Positions 50,821 through 62,879 of a stretch of DNA of 64,000 nt are shown here, in pieces (positions within the stretch are counted from its first letter, which is position 1; each line of letters begins with the position of its first letter). Source of the stretch: Schmidtea polychroa (lineage: Eukaryota); assembly GCA_044892525.1 (NCBI GenBank), contig CM097885.1, positions 171,616,001 through 171,680,000 of the forward strand, in the 5' to 3' direction. The notes under the pieces were generated by a model. It saw nothing but the letters and a program-made list of their open reading frames with translations. It did no database searches and was not told the DNA's origin. The translations under genes were made by a program, and so were the position numbers.

Positions 50821-53181
50821 AAAATAACACATAAAAAGAATATCAATTAAATCACATAAAGAAATAACACAAAATCAATGATAAACTTTATTAATAACAA
50901 TTTTCAATTTTTTGAATTCATTTCAGACTTCGTCAAATTCTAATTCTTCGTTGTCATAATCTGATTCTTCATCAACAACTAAACTTTGTTAAATAACTAA
51001 CAACAATAATAACTGACACTCAAACCAGTCACTACGGTATTCTTGATGATGTATATGATATTTCCAAGTTCTTTGATTGTTTCTTGTACGATATTCTCAT
51101 GGGGATAACTGGATTGTGTCGGTCAGGAATTCATAATACAGATTGTAGTTATCAACATGAACACAAAATCATTTTTAAAAAAATCACTTGAAAAAAGCTG
51201 TGCCGAAAATTCGTGAATATCAAAAACCATCGATATCTTTACTGAAATTGAAAGCAGCTTTTGGGAAAGTGAAATCGAAAAGAGAAACCGAAACCAAAAT
51301 AACAAAAGGAAACTGAGTCAAAATGATAATTACAAATCGAAATTCCTTGTAGTTGCTACCTAAAGTACAAACAGAACACAAAAAATAAAAATTAGTTAAA
51401 GATTTTATTATGATCCTCTCTTTTTATAAATGCAACCAACTCATGCATTACCAATAAATTTCTTGTAATGATCTGTTTTGAAGTTTTTGAATTTTTGACT
51501 TTGATGTTACTAAAGTTTAAGTATTATGATTCTCATTCGATGAGATTACTTAAGGAATTTCAGGTTCAAAACCCTTTATCTGGGTGAAGGTATTTGCGGA
51601 TTGATGATTCGATTGTTTTCAATTTTACTAAAAAGTTCAGTAATGCTCATTTCGAATAAAGGTATTGTCTAAAGTTTAAAGGTGCTCGTTTTGTGTAAGT
51701 TATTCATGATTTTGTGGAAAGATTCGTTTTCATTTTCACAACCGCCTATGACTTCAAGAATCTGTCGTTACTAGTTATTAGATGTTCAGATTTAATAATT
51801 CCCATTCATTTATGAAGTCATTAGAAATCCAGGACTTAATAATTTTGTTACGATGAAATTATTTATAAATTTAAGAATGAATAGCTTTCACTTAGATAAG
51901 ATTGTTTATGAATGAAGAATTCTCAGTTTCCATAAAATGGCTAGGAATTTAGGAATTGAATGATTCTCGGTTTTTGAGGGAGTTAGGGTTGAACAGTTCT
52001 CAACTTATGAGAATTATCTGGAATTTAAGGTTCAACACGTCTCATCCGGCGAAAACATTCAGGCATTCTATTAATATTATTTTAATATAAAATTTTCTTT
52101 TATAATAATTGATTACAAAATTTGTTTAGCATGATTGAGATAATTTCGACAAACAGAAGATTATGAAATACTCAGAAATGTGACAAATTGACACAGAAAG
52201 AAAATAATTTCTACCATACCAAGGTTCGTTCTGATCCAATCTTGTTAGCTATAGGAGGAACAGAGTTGTTGCGGCTTGTAGGCAGAACCAAATAATCTTT
52301 TCCTATAGAAGGTTCTTCCACCAAGAAAGGGATGAAGGCGGGTTGGAGACAACTCAAATATTTACACAAACAGGAACACACGTTCGATATCTGACAAATT
52401 AAGAAAAGAATTAAAATACTGAAAAAATCAATCAGATGAAAAGGATATTGCCGAGGAAGCGAGAGAGGTTTTGAGAGATGCAAAGGAGGATCACACTTCG
52501 ACGTGGACGGGATGAGTATCGGAAGATGATGATAGTAGAAAGTCCCAGGAGCATGGCAGCCAATGAAAATGTTGGGGTTGACGAAAGGAACAATTTAGGT
52601 AATGATATTATTAGTATGGATAATAGATAGATGAGACGCTGTGCATTCTATGGTAAGCCCATGGACCCAGAGTGCATCAGGGGATTTACAGTCCTTGTTT
52701 TTGGATTAACATTTTGCAGGCTGCCACTTATTAATAGTTAGTACCAACGGCGCAAGCAACGGGTACTTAGTGGTAACTCTATGATTAAGCAGAATTATAA
52801 AAGGGAGAAGGGAAAATGTATGAATTTATACAGTGAGGGAGTGAAGTAAATGAGTACTAGCTTGGAATTTCCCCGCAACTCATAGTCCAGCAGAGTAGAG
52901 TAAACAAAGCGTGGATGTTTGATAAAACTTTTATTTATTCAAAAATTAAAATATTTGAACAAAGTTTCTTTTTTCACAATTATCGTGCCATGGAGAAAAT
53001 TAATAAGATAAGACAATAAAGGGAATATACATGAAGGAAACGAAAACTAATACAAAAATATAAAATAATTCGGTCGGTTCATCAAAAATGAAAGAAAAAT
53101 GAAAAAAAAACTGTGTGATGATAACATCGACAATTGTAAAATAAAAATATCAAATGGGAAGCTGTCAAGCGGAGCTGATAA

Positions 53182-53522
53182 NNNNNNNNNNNNNNNNNNN
53201 NNNNNNNNNNNNNNNNNNNNNNNNNNNNNNNNNNNNNNNNNNNNNNNNNNNNNNNNNNNNNNNNNNNNNNNNNNNNNNNNNNNNNNNNNNNNNNNNNNNN
53301 NNNNNNNNNNNNNNNNNNNNNNNNNNNNNNNNNNNNNNNNNNNNNNNNNNNNNNNNNNNNNNNNNNNNNNNNNNNNNNNNNNNNNNNNNNNNNNNNNNNN
53401 NNNNNNNNNNNNNNNNNNNNNNNNNNNNNNNNNNNNNNNNNNNNNNNNNNNNNNNNNNNNNNNNNNNNNNNNNNNNNNNNNNNNNNNNNNNNNNNNNNNN
53501 NNNNNNNNNNNNNNNNNNNNNN
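53182..53522. other. assembly gap (341 N)
   Basis: Run of N. Confidence 1.
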
Positions 53523-53668
53523 TTATTCAATTTTACTTTTCAAATTCTACAATTATTTTTCATGTCTAGTTTTAAACATATAAAATAATGTTTTCAATCA
53601 GTTTCTAAATTGATTACATTTCTAAAATAAACTTGTCAAATGTTAAAAATAACGTTATGAATTATTAG

Positions 53669-54223
53669 TTATTTTCTTTTATAAATTATGAACTTTTTTT
53701 CATTTATTTCAAGTTCTTTCTTATTGAATGGAGTCTCACAAAAATCAGAAACGGTTTCGTATATTTTATTACATTTTAAATCAACTTTTCTTTTCAACTT
53801 TGAGCACTGATGAGCTTCCAATTTGTACATTCTCATGCAATGTCTTGAAATGGTAAAAGTCAAAATTCTACATGCTCCGTTTAAATAATCGAATTTTGTG
53901 CCACAAGATTCTGTGTAATATCCATTTTTTTCTTTGCAATCTTTTTTGATCATTTTTTCAGCCTCATTACACTTTTTCGTTAATTTTTTAAACAATTTAT
54001 CACAATTTGCATCACTGATTTTATTTTTATTGTCACAAAATTGATCGATTGTGTCATAGGAATTGTCACAGAGTTCTTCAAATGGCAGAATGGTAGCACA
54101 CCGAAGATGCATTTCCTTCGTTATGGTCAATGCTTGGTTTTGTTTTACGACTAAATCGCCGATGTTCGCCGATCCCTGGTTCAAAAACATTAACAAACAT
54201 AGAAGAGATAAATTAAACAACAT
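53669..54223 (-). CDS. secreted 184-aa protein with 12 cysteines in C-X10-C periodicity; unknown family
   Basis: ATG start; hydrophobic signal-peptide-like N-terminus MLFNLSLLCLLMFLNQGSA; Cys at 42, 52, 63, 74, 85, 96, 107, 118, 129, 140, 151 and 162; a stop-free 555-nt frame in very AT-rich DNA. Confidence 0.78.
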   Translation of the reverse strand: MLFNLSLLCLLMFLNQGSANIGDLVVKQNQALTITKEMHLRCATILPFEELCDNSYDTIDQFCDNKNKISDANCDKLFKKLTKKCNEAEKMIKKDCKEKNGYYTESCGTKFDYLNGACRILTFTISRHCMRMYKLEAHQCSKLKRKVDLKCNKIYETVSDFCETPFNKKELEINEKKFIIYKRK

Positions 54224-54597
54224 TTTACAAATAGATTTAATGAAAATAACTAATACAATTTTTTGTTAATTGTTGTTCAAGCATCCTACGCGTCTTATTT
54301 CAATTTTCAAAAATTATCAGTAGACGAAATTTTCTCAGCCATTTATTATCTATATTTTTGAAAGAACAAATAAATTCATATTATTTTCTTTCATACTTTT
54401 CATATTAAAATTTATTATGAAAATGATTTAAAATGAAAAAAGTATTCATATCACACGTTTTTTGTATGTATTGCTAAACTCATAGACCAAACTGGAATCT
54501 TTCGGTGTTAAGTAGTCAGTAATTCAGCGTTTCTACAAGAAAACTTCACTTAAAGATGTCGTAATTGTTGAGATGTAATTATAGTTTTTATTATAAT

Positions 54598-55632
54598 TGT
54601 TGGGTTATTGAGTTGGTGATAATTTTAAATGTTACTCTGACTCCACGCGTGTCTTTATATAATTCAAAAATAACACTTGACAACAGAAATCTTTATTGAT
54701 AATCACAAATAAACTTTCACTTGACACTGACAATAAATTCAACACTCTACTTGGTGACTATACAATGCTTATTGCAACACTCGGTGAGGAATAGCACTTA
54801 TGTATAACACCGGATTAAAAGATCACAAATTACTGATTGTTTCTAAACTGGGATTTTGAACTGGTTGTTTTCTTTGACTTTCTTCCAAACTTTATTCAAA
54901 TAATCAAATAACTTCTTTTCGTTTTATTTTTCAACTAATTCTTTTCTTCAACTCTTCTCCAATAATTATTCTCCACAATTATTTCCTTTACAATTATTTT
55001 TGACAATCGTTTGTCCAACAACGTTTCGTCCAACGTCTAATTTTCTCAAATAATTTTATCTCTCAAATCGTCTTGCAAATCGTATCTCAAATCGTCTTTC
55101 AAATCGTTTTTCAAATCGTCTTCCAAATCGTTTTCAATTTCGCGTCACTTTGTCTCTAATTTCTCTTCTAAATTTGTTGTCCTTTCATGTTCACCAGTTT
55201 CCCTTATATAGTTCGCTTCTCTTGTGGCACTCTAGATAATCAAGTGTTTTTCCATTTTCCTTCTCCTGCTTTCCCCGACTGTCCTATTTTTATCTCTGAC
55301 AGCTGTCAAGTTGTTTTTCCCTTTTTTGTTCGACCGCCTTCTCCCATCAATTCTATTATCACTTGCAAGCTGTCGAGGTAAGGATATTGTTGTTTTCCTT
55401 TTTCCCCGATTTCAAAATTCCTTTTCCATTTTGTACTAATTAATTAGTACTGACCTTCATTTTTATTTTCCTGTTTGATAACTTTTATTTCCTTTCTCTT
55501 TCTCATTTTCAATTTCTTTTCACTTCCGTTTTCTTTTCTGAATTTCAATAGATCGTCCCGTTTGTCATGGCGATCTTCCCCCAGGTAATTTTATTTATTT
55601 ATTTGTAAATTGTTATTTAGGTATCCTCAACA
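54598..55632 (-). mobile_element. solo LTR (Gypsy-like), 1035 bp
   Basis: TGTTG...CAACA termini; 4-bp TSD TAAT at 54594-54597 and 55633-55636; AATAAA and an AATAAAG..GAGTCAGA..AACCCAACA 3' end shared with two other copies; internal 12-nt array CAAATCGTNNNN x6 at 55064-55134. Confidence 0.8.
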
Positions 55633-55639
55633 TAATCAA

Positions 55640-56880
55640 AACACAGATCTAACTTCACATGTTATTTCCTGAGATTATGGTATCTCATTCTCATTTGCCA
55701 CATCATCAATATTGTTTATTACAATTCCAACTTTATCAAAAAAATTTCTAAATATATTCACGGGTAATGAAAAAATTGCATCCATGATAGTTATTTTGAA
55801 CTCCTCTCCTTTTTCAATGGAATCAATTAGTTTGCACACCAAAGATTTCATATAAAGATTTTTAAATTCCTTATCACCCTTTGGTCCATTGGTTGTAGAA
55901 TACTCGTTAAATTCGGCGTAATTAGACTAATTTAATGTTGGTTAGTTTATTTTGAATATCAGGGTTAGCGAAACAATTATCTGCAAGCAATAGAATTTTC
56001 CTGTTCTTACTAACCAGCTCAAAATCCCAAGATATAAGAACACGATTCCAGATTTCCGATGTCATCGAAGATTCCATATTGCTAAAATATTTAATTGGTA
56101 AACTGTGCATATTTTTGAAACATCTTGGATTTTTAGCTTTTCAATCATCACTAGTTCTTTCTTTTCACCTAGTGCATTGGCGCATACAAAAATTGTCAGT
56201 CTCTCTTTCGAGAAAATTTTCCCCGAAACACTTCTCTCCCTTAAACTTTAATATTTTATTTGACAACATTTTATAATAAAGCTCCGTTTCATCTCCGTTA
56301 AAAATGTTTTTGCCTTATAACCTGCACGACACATTTGCTACGTATTTTCCAACCAATTACGAGCAGAAGTTTTATCGGTATGTGTAGATTCACCAGAAAC
56401 TACACCAAGGACTATGTTATAACGTGACCGAAATCTTTGAACCCAGCTGGGATTACACCTGAAATGATCGATGCCCATTGCAACTGCCATATTCTCAGCT
56501 TAGATTGATAATAGTTCTGATGATATTGGAATACTTGATTTATCTTCTCTTTGAACCAAATTAATAATGCATCTTCTACGTTCTTATATCACGAGTATCG
56601 TGTTTTTGATCTTTTGTTGCTGTGTTTAGCTTGTAAGATGATTTTTAATTTATTCTTCATTATTAACGCAACTGCACTGGAGCTGATGCAATATTTTCTT
56701 GCTACTTCACTTTTTTAGTGTTATTTTGGACCTCGTGAATGATATTTAGCTTTTTTTCATTACTAATACTTTTTCTTTTGCATTTCATTTATGGGTGATT
56801 TTGAAAAATTATAAACGATTTTTATATGGATTTTATTTTCTTTTTACTATAACCAATTTTACTATAACCGAATACCACTG
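55640..56880 (-). mobile_element. Tigger/pogo transposon with pseudogenised transposase
   Basis: TA|CAGTGGTATTCGGTTATAG TIR at 56880. CENP-B-like HTH (KKSISNEKKLNII, VEDALLIWF, WVQRFRSR) and DDE pieces IFNGDETEL, KERLTIFVCANALG, ILLLADNC, LQPMDQ. Confidence 0.88.
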
Positions 56881-56882
56881 TA

Positions 56883-57598
56883 TATATAAAATACAAAATT
56901 AATTAAAATTTACTAAAAATCGAAAATCAATACTGAACGGAAAAAACGGGTATAGTGAATGCCAAATTCAAAGACAAATTCAAAAATTATAATGAAAATT
57001 TAATAAGGGATTCACAGGGGAAGTTATAACGAAAAAACAAATTAATTAAAGTAATGGGAAGTTTGAGCTGATGGGAAATCCGAGCACTGAAGGGAACCCG
57101 AAGAGCGTTGAGACCCGATTGATTAGATAAGAAAACAAACTCACCAGCGCACCAATCCGGGCAAATAAATTAAAATGATTTAACAACCCTTAAAATATTT
57201 ACCTAAGATTCCCGAAAACTAATTATTTGCAATAATCCTAAATTCTCTAGATAATTGCCCTCTCAGAAAAAGTATAAAAAGAGGGCTCAAAAACCGACAA
57301 GCCGCCAGTTGGTCAAAGAAACAAGAGAGAAATCTATTGAATATGCCAGTCAGTAATCAGAAGACAAAATCTAGTAATTGAAAGCAAATTTTAACTCTCG
57401 TACTAGAAAAGGTGATTGCACTTTGGGTTTACTACCTTCACTAGTAATATTTATTGGAGAGAAAGGTGCAAGTTTAGTGATGAATTGTAATTTTGATTGA
57501 AGTTTAATAAAGTTATTCTGTGTTGGACTTTGATTTATTTGTTTAAATAAGAACACGAAGAGTCAGAGAAAACCGACTTGCAAAATGATAACCCAACA
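56883..57598 (+). mobile_element. 5'-truncated solo LTR related to the 54598 and 62880 copies
   Basis: Shares CCAGTTGGTC, AATAAAG.T..TGTGTTGG, AAGAACAC..AGAGTCAGA and the terminal AACCCAACA; degenerate GGGAAA.CCGAGC repeats at ~57055-57115. Confidence 0.65.
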
Positions 57599-60273
57599 AT
57601 ATTAAAATCAATTCGTGATCTTTTCTCTTACGGATTTATGGCTTGATATCAAGATACCGCATTTGCGAAGTTGGAGTGACACCAATTATAATATTATCCG
57701 TATTGACTCTCCTTCACTCAATTTCTGCAGCTAACGATTATGTATTTAACTTCTAAAGTGTCTAATTTAAGTTATTTTAAGTTATAATTCAACCAAAATA
57801 ATTTTTCTATCGAATGAATCATAGTATTGTAAGTTGCTGCAGTGTAGTCAGAGTAGTAGTATTAGTAGTAGTAATAGTAGTAGTTTAGATTGAATTAAAA
57901 TGATATTAAAAAACTACAAAAGCGTATCCTCATCACAGCAGAATCTAATAACTTGAAAATTAGAAATTGAAAAATTTTATAAAAAGCGCAGTTTTAAACT
58001 CTGTTACATTAGTGCCATGATGATCTGTGCATTAATGTCTCTTATTTATAGATTCTGTTTAGTATTTTAGTATCTCACTATGAATTAGTATTATTAGAGT
58101 GTATTGGATTCAAATATCTTAATGGACAGATAACGACAGTCCCGAGTAACATCAACCTTAACCTAACCATATTTCTATAAAAAGGTAGACATAAACAGAC
58201 TGAATGTCTGGAGTATAAGGAATTATATAGTAATAGAATAAAATGAGAGAATGTCGGACAGAATCAATCCATTGTTGTTTAATAGGGTTTAAGTAAATTA
58301 TGCCATCATTTTCATACTGTTGGGCGCTTAAGGGTGTGTCATGATGGTGGTTGCTAGGGGCAATGATCTTCTTGCAAAAACGACTCCTTCCTAAACGCCC
58401 ATTATGATTATTAACTTTATTACCACATGTGCACCCATGATATGAATCATGTTGGTAATATGCACACGGGTTGGAATTCATTAACAACTGAGCCCCTGTG
58501 TTAGAACTAGTCTTCATGATATTCGCCTTTCGGGTTCTAGAATGCCATTAGGAGGACTTACATCTTCCTTAGTAACTCATACCGACTCGCTTACACTCCT
58601 CTGGTCCAACTGGTTCCTAACTATCTCTCTCTCATTTACACGACTGACAATTTGTAAACATACTATCCTTCCTGGACACCGTTGATGCACACGAATTCAT
58701 ACCAAACATAATTATATCAGAACCATTATAGAATTATATTAAAACCATTACAGACAAATTAATTGTTAGATTTACATAAATCGATCAAACTACGCAAAAT
58801 GTTCGCAGAAAAACTAGAAGCTTTACTCAAAATTTAATTAACGAATCGAGAACATTTCCAGATTTTCTGTCAATACGGCTCGTTGCTAAAACTCATGGGG
58901 ATCATTTAAGATAGCCGTGACATCCATTTACAATTGGGTATCGAGAAGCAGTGGAGAGTCCGAAGCGTGTACAACCCGGTATTGAGGAGTACTGGGTAAC
59001 GCCTCCCTGGGCATGGAAATATTTCTCTCTGGCCCTGAAGCAGCAAATAACGTCACTTCTATAGCTGTGATTTCGTCGCGACGTTTCTTCGAGCGCTCGG
59101 CACGAGTGAGGCGCTTGTGTTTCTTATGGATCGGCTGGACGGAAACAGCAGTGGTAGCAACTGGAACTGACAGTGCGGTTTTTGCGTTGAACTGTAGGGT
59201 AGGTAACACTATGGTTCCCATGAAGATAACTTCCGATGTACTTGACGGAGATACTTCAGGGCCATGATTTTGGCAAACCATCATCGTTTGTGCACTAATT
59301 TCGTCGGCGCGGTGATGAATTGGAAAAATTTTCATGTTCGTGGATTCTACTCCTCAACCCTGCTTCCGAGTAAACGCGATGAAGAGCTTCCGATTGGGCC
59401 TTGATAGTGAGGCTTTTACATCTACTTTCCTCGAGCAAATGTCGCGACAGTGCTCTAAACGTAAGATTTTTTGAGTAGATTCCTTCAAGAGTATAATAGT
59501 TACAAATTAAGATTGTATGTAATTCCTCTCAAATAGTCTCCAAATGGTTTTTATGTTGATATCAAAGTTTGGAGGCGTCGATTTAGATGAAGGTATTTAG
59601 ACTTGGATGCCTCAGGATGTCTGTCGCCTGAACTATATCTTTCAAACTTCAACTCATAGTGATCTTGTTCATGAAGAAAGTAATCAACCGATCGATTATT
59701 TATTTATTAAGTAAATCGATGTTTTGACCATATTAATATATTGCGCAATTTTGTTGGCGCGCTATTGTCTTGCGTGCTTCGGATGGTACTCCAAATATGA
59801 GCTATGAGCACTGTGAATATTTACATTTACTACACAGCTATTAATTAAAATTTTAAATTTCAGGAGCTTTCTAAATTAAATGACGTTTATATATCCAGGG
59901 TCATGTGTCAAACATGTTTTAAAATATGTATATTTACAGACGTAGAATCAAAAATGTTAACATTAAACAGTTGAAATTCATAGTAAAATGAAGATTTACA
60001 AAAAGCGAAATTATTTAGGCTAGCTAATTATGTTTTACATAAACCATTTTTTAAAATTCTTCAAATTGTTTTGCAAATTTCCCTGTCTGAAAAAAATTTT
60101 CATTATTATTTTGTAGATATAATAAATATATGTATATATTAAAGTCATTGATTAAAAAGTTAACTACAAATGTAATTGATACAACTAAAATACAAAATAA
60201 AAGATTAAAACGATGACAGATAATAATTTATCCATGATAAAATTCTTGTTTTAATATTATTCGTCAATCTAAC

Positions 60274-61019
60274 ATGTTCAAGAAGTAAATTACTGTAGTA
60301 TTTTCGTAAAATTAATATTTTGATATCCTAATAGATTCGATGAAAATGCAAACATCGCATCGATAAATAACGCAAAAAATTCAGTAACAAAATCTATACG
60401 AAATAAGTTAATTGAACAATTTCCACATTCTGAAAAATACATCGATCAAATTATTCCCAAAAAAGATGGTTTAAAACTAGTCAAATGGTATAATACCTAA
60501 GTAATATGAATTTTTATATACAAATTTAGTCATGATCATTTGGAATTGTTTGCTGATAGTCAAGGGGATGTTTTATTTTTCAGACAGCGAGAGGGAACTT
60601 TATATCCATCTTTGAAAACACTACATAAATGTAATTATCAGCTGTTTCCGTTTTCCCATATTTTATTATTAAGATCCTTTTATGCTACCATTTATGCAAG
60701 TTGATCGTGGAGCTATTAAGCATGTGATAAATGGCAGCAACATAATGTGTCCTGGTTTAACATCTGCGGGTGCTAGAATGACTGATGTTCCTAAGGAGTC
60801 TGTTGTAGCCGTTATGGCAGAAGGCAAAGAGAATGCAGTTGCTATTGGAATAATGAAAATGTCTACACAAGAAATGTATTGCATTGTTATTATCGACTTG
60901 ATCTCAAATTTATTTTATTTAGCTTAACCGAAAATAAAGGAATTGGCATTGAAAACGTGCATTATCTTTCAGATGGCCTATGGAATATAAAGGCTGTTAA
61001 AAAATTAATTAAAGGGTGA
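60274..61019 (+). CDS. MCTS1: malignant T-cell-amplified sequence 1 (PUA-domain translation re-initiation/recycling factor)
   Basis: Exons 60274-60284, 60335-60487, 60530-60630, 60674-60875 and 60923-61019, with GT-AG introns of 50, 42, 43 and 47 nt. They splice to MFKKFDE...[60 protein letters not shown]...GIGIENVHYLSDGLW. Confidence 0.97.
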
Positions 61020-62879
61020 TTTTAGGGTTGAAATATAAATTCGGTCTTGTTTTACTTTTAATATTTAATTTATAATTATTTCCTCATTTTAATTGATGAC
61101 GTGTTAATATTATTTGGAAAATTATTATTTATACACAATTACAAAGGTGACTTTTGGAATTTAGAATTCTTTAAAGATATGCTACTGGATATAAATTGGG
61201 ATTATCTAGGAGTGTTATAAGATTGTTAATAGAACAAGAGGAATACTTACAATAATTAAGGGTTTCCATTGAATTACAAGTTATTTTTATTAAATCAAGA
61301 ATTTTACTATCTGAATCCTAGTATTCACATCTACTTATCATTATTAAGTCTTATTTCTTTTACAGATTGGATTCTCTTATATATAAATACTGGGTCATCC
61401 ATATGTTACATAAGTACCAAGGGAGGATGTTAAATTTTGAAACAACGATCTTAATGGACAATTTCAAACTGGTCCTACAAACACAAAATATTCTGTATAT
61501 CTGGACACCAAACTCGTTGGAATATTGAATAGGATCTGTGTTATCAAAATCGCCAATTCTTCTCTTTTTGATACCTAGATTTATGAACCAGAACCGATAC
61601 CATTAAATCAATAACTATGTGATTCTTCCTAAAATGGTCGATATACTTGTAGGAATGTTGACAGCTGACCGTCTATTAAATGGACCAATGTCAAGCCTAC
61701 ACTGACTAATTGGTACGTGGCCAATTGTCATTCATATGATCGGGCATATTCCAAACGTCATACACATACCTAGGATTTGCTTAACGGCTTCTTTGTTGTT
61801 TTCTGACATACGTGTCTTCCCAGTTATCTTTGAAGGGGGAGGGTAAATTCTGGCGAACAATTATTGATCTAATCATCAAAAGCTGACGACACGTCATCTT
61901 CTCGAATGTTTTTGCATTTCAGCTACACACTTTTGACGGTAACCAAAAGAAATTGATTGGTTGAACTTACTTCCGACAAGGTAATTAAATTCGTAAACGA
62001 AAAGTTAATTGGGTCATTTTACATTTAATCTGTGGCACCAATCAATTTAGTTGTGTTCACGGTTACGCTGTTTTCAAATTTAAACTGTGCGCTTATGTTG
62101 GGTTACCAGAATGATGATGACATAAAACATGTATTAATTAACTTATTAAATAATTATTTATTTCATTAACTATTACGATTTGAAAACAAAATTCAAGCTG
62201 CTTTCAAAAGAGCTCTGTAAAAAGAAGAGAAAGATGGATTTGATTTTTATAGTTCTATTTTGTTCCTATAAAGGGTCCAAGAAAAGTGAAAAGAGAATTG
62301 TATGATAAAATTTACCGGTAAATCAAAAGAAAATATTTCAAAGAAATTTATTTTAAAACACAATTATTAAATTGATAAAATAATCCAGGAAATCTTTTGA
62401 TGAAAGACTTACATAGTTTGCTAAAAGGAAAATTTCATATCTTGTGTCAGTAAATTAATCAAAATTTTATGTGAAATTGTAATGTACAAAATTGCAATAC
62501 TGGTGAACACATGAAGTCAGATTTAGGTTTAAATAAAACGTAGCCTAATCATTAGATTATAGTAGATGGATATATCCCTTTCAAACAACTACCCCCTGGA
62601 GATATTTTTTAAAACTCGGAATTTTATAACGGACAAGAAAATATATAGTCTATATGTAAAAAAATGCATAGTTTCCATGGAAATGAGCTCCAGAGTCTCT
62701 AAATTTACCCCATAATTTAACAACTTCTATATATTATGATGGTCACACCAGTCTTATATTATAGAATTAAAATCGTAGACTTCAACACACGACGAGACAG
62801 TTAATAACATCAGCATCAAATGTCATAATTTAACATCATTCATATACTATCAAACATAGAAAATCTTATATTATAAAAA

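Larger units (their letters stand above)
50118..53126. repeat. perfect 128-bp inverted repeat pair (50118-50245 and 52999-53126) with TGT...ACA ends
   Basis: The two arms are base-for-base reverse complements; the flanking 4-mers (TATA, TCGA) do not match as a TSD. Confidence 0.9.

Noticed and set aside
53099-53588. ORFs across the N gap (also 5930-6145)
   Set aside because: They are open only because N codons are not stops.
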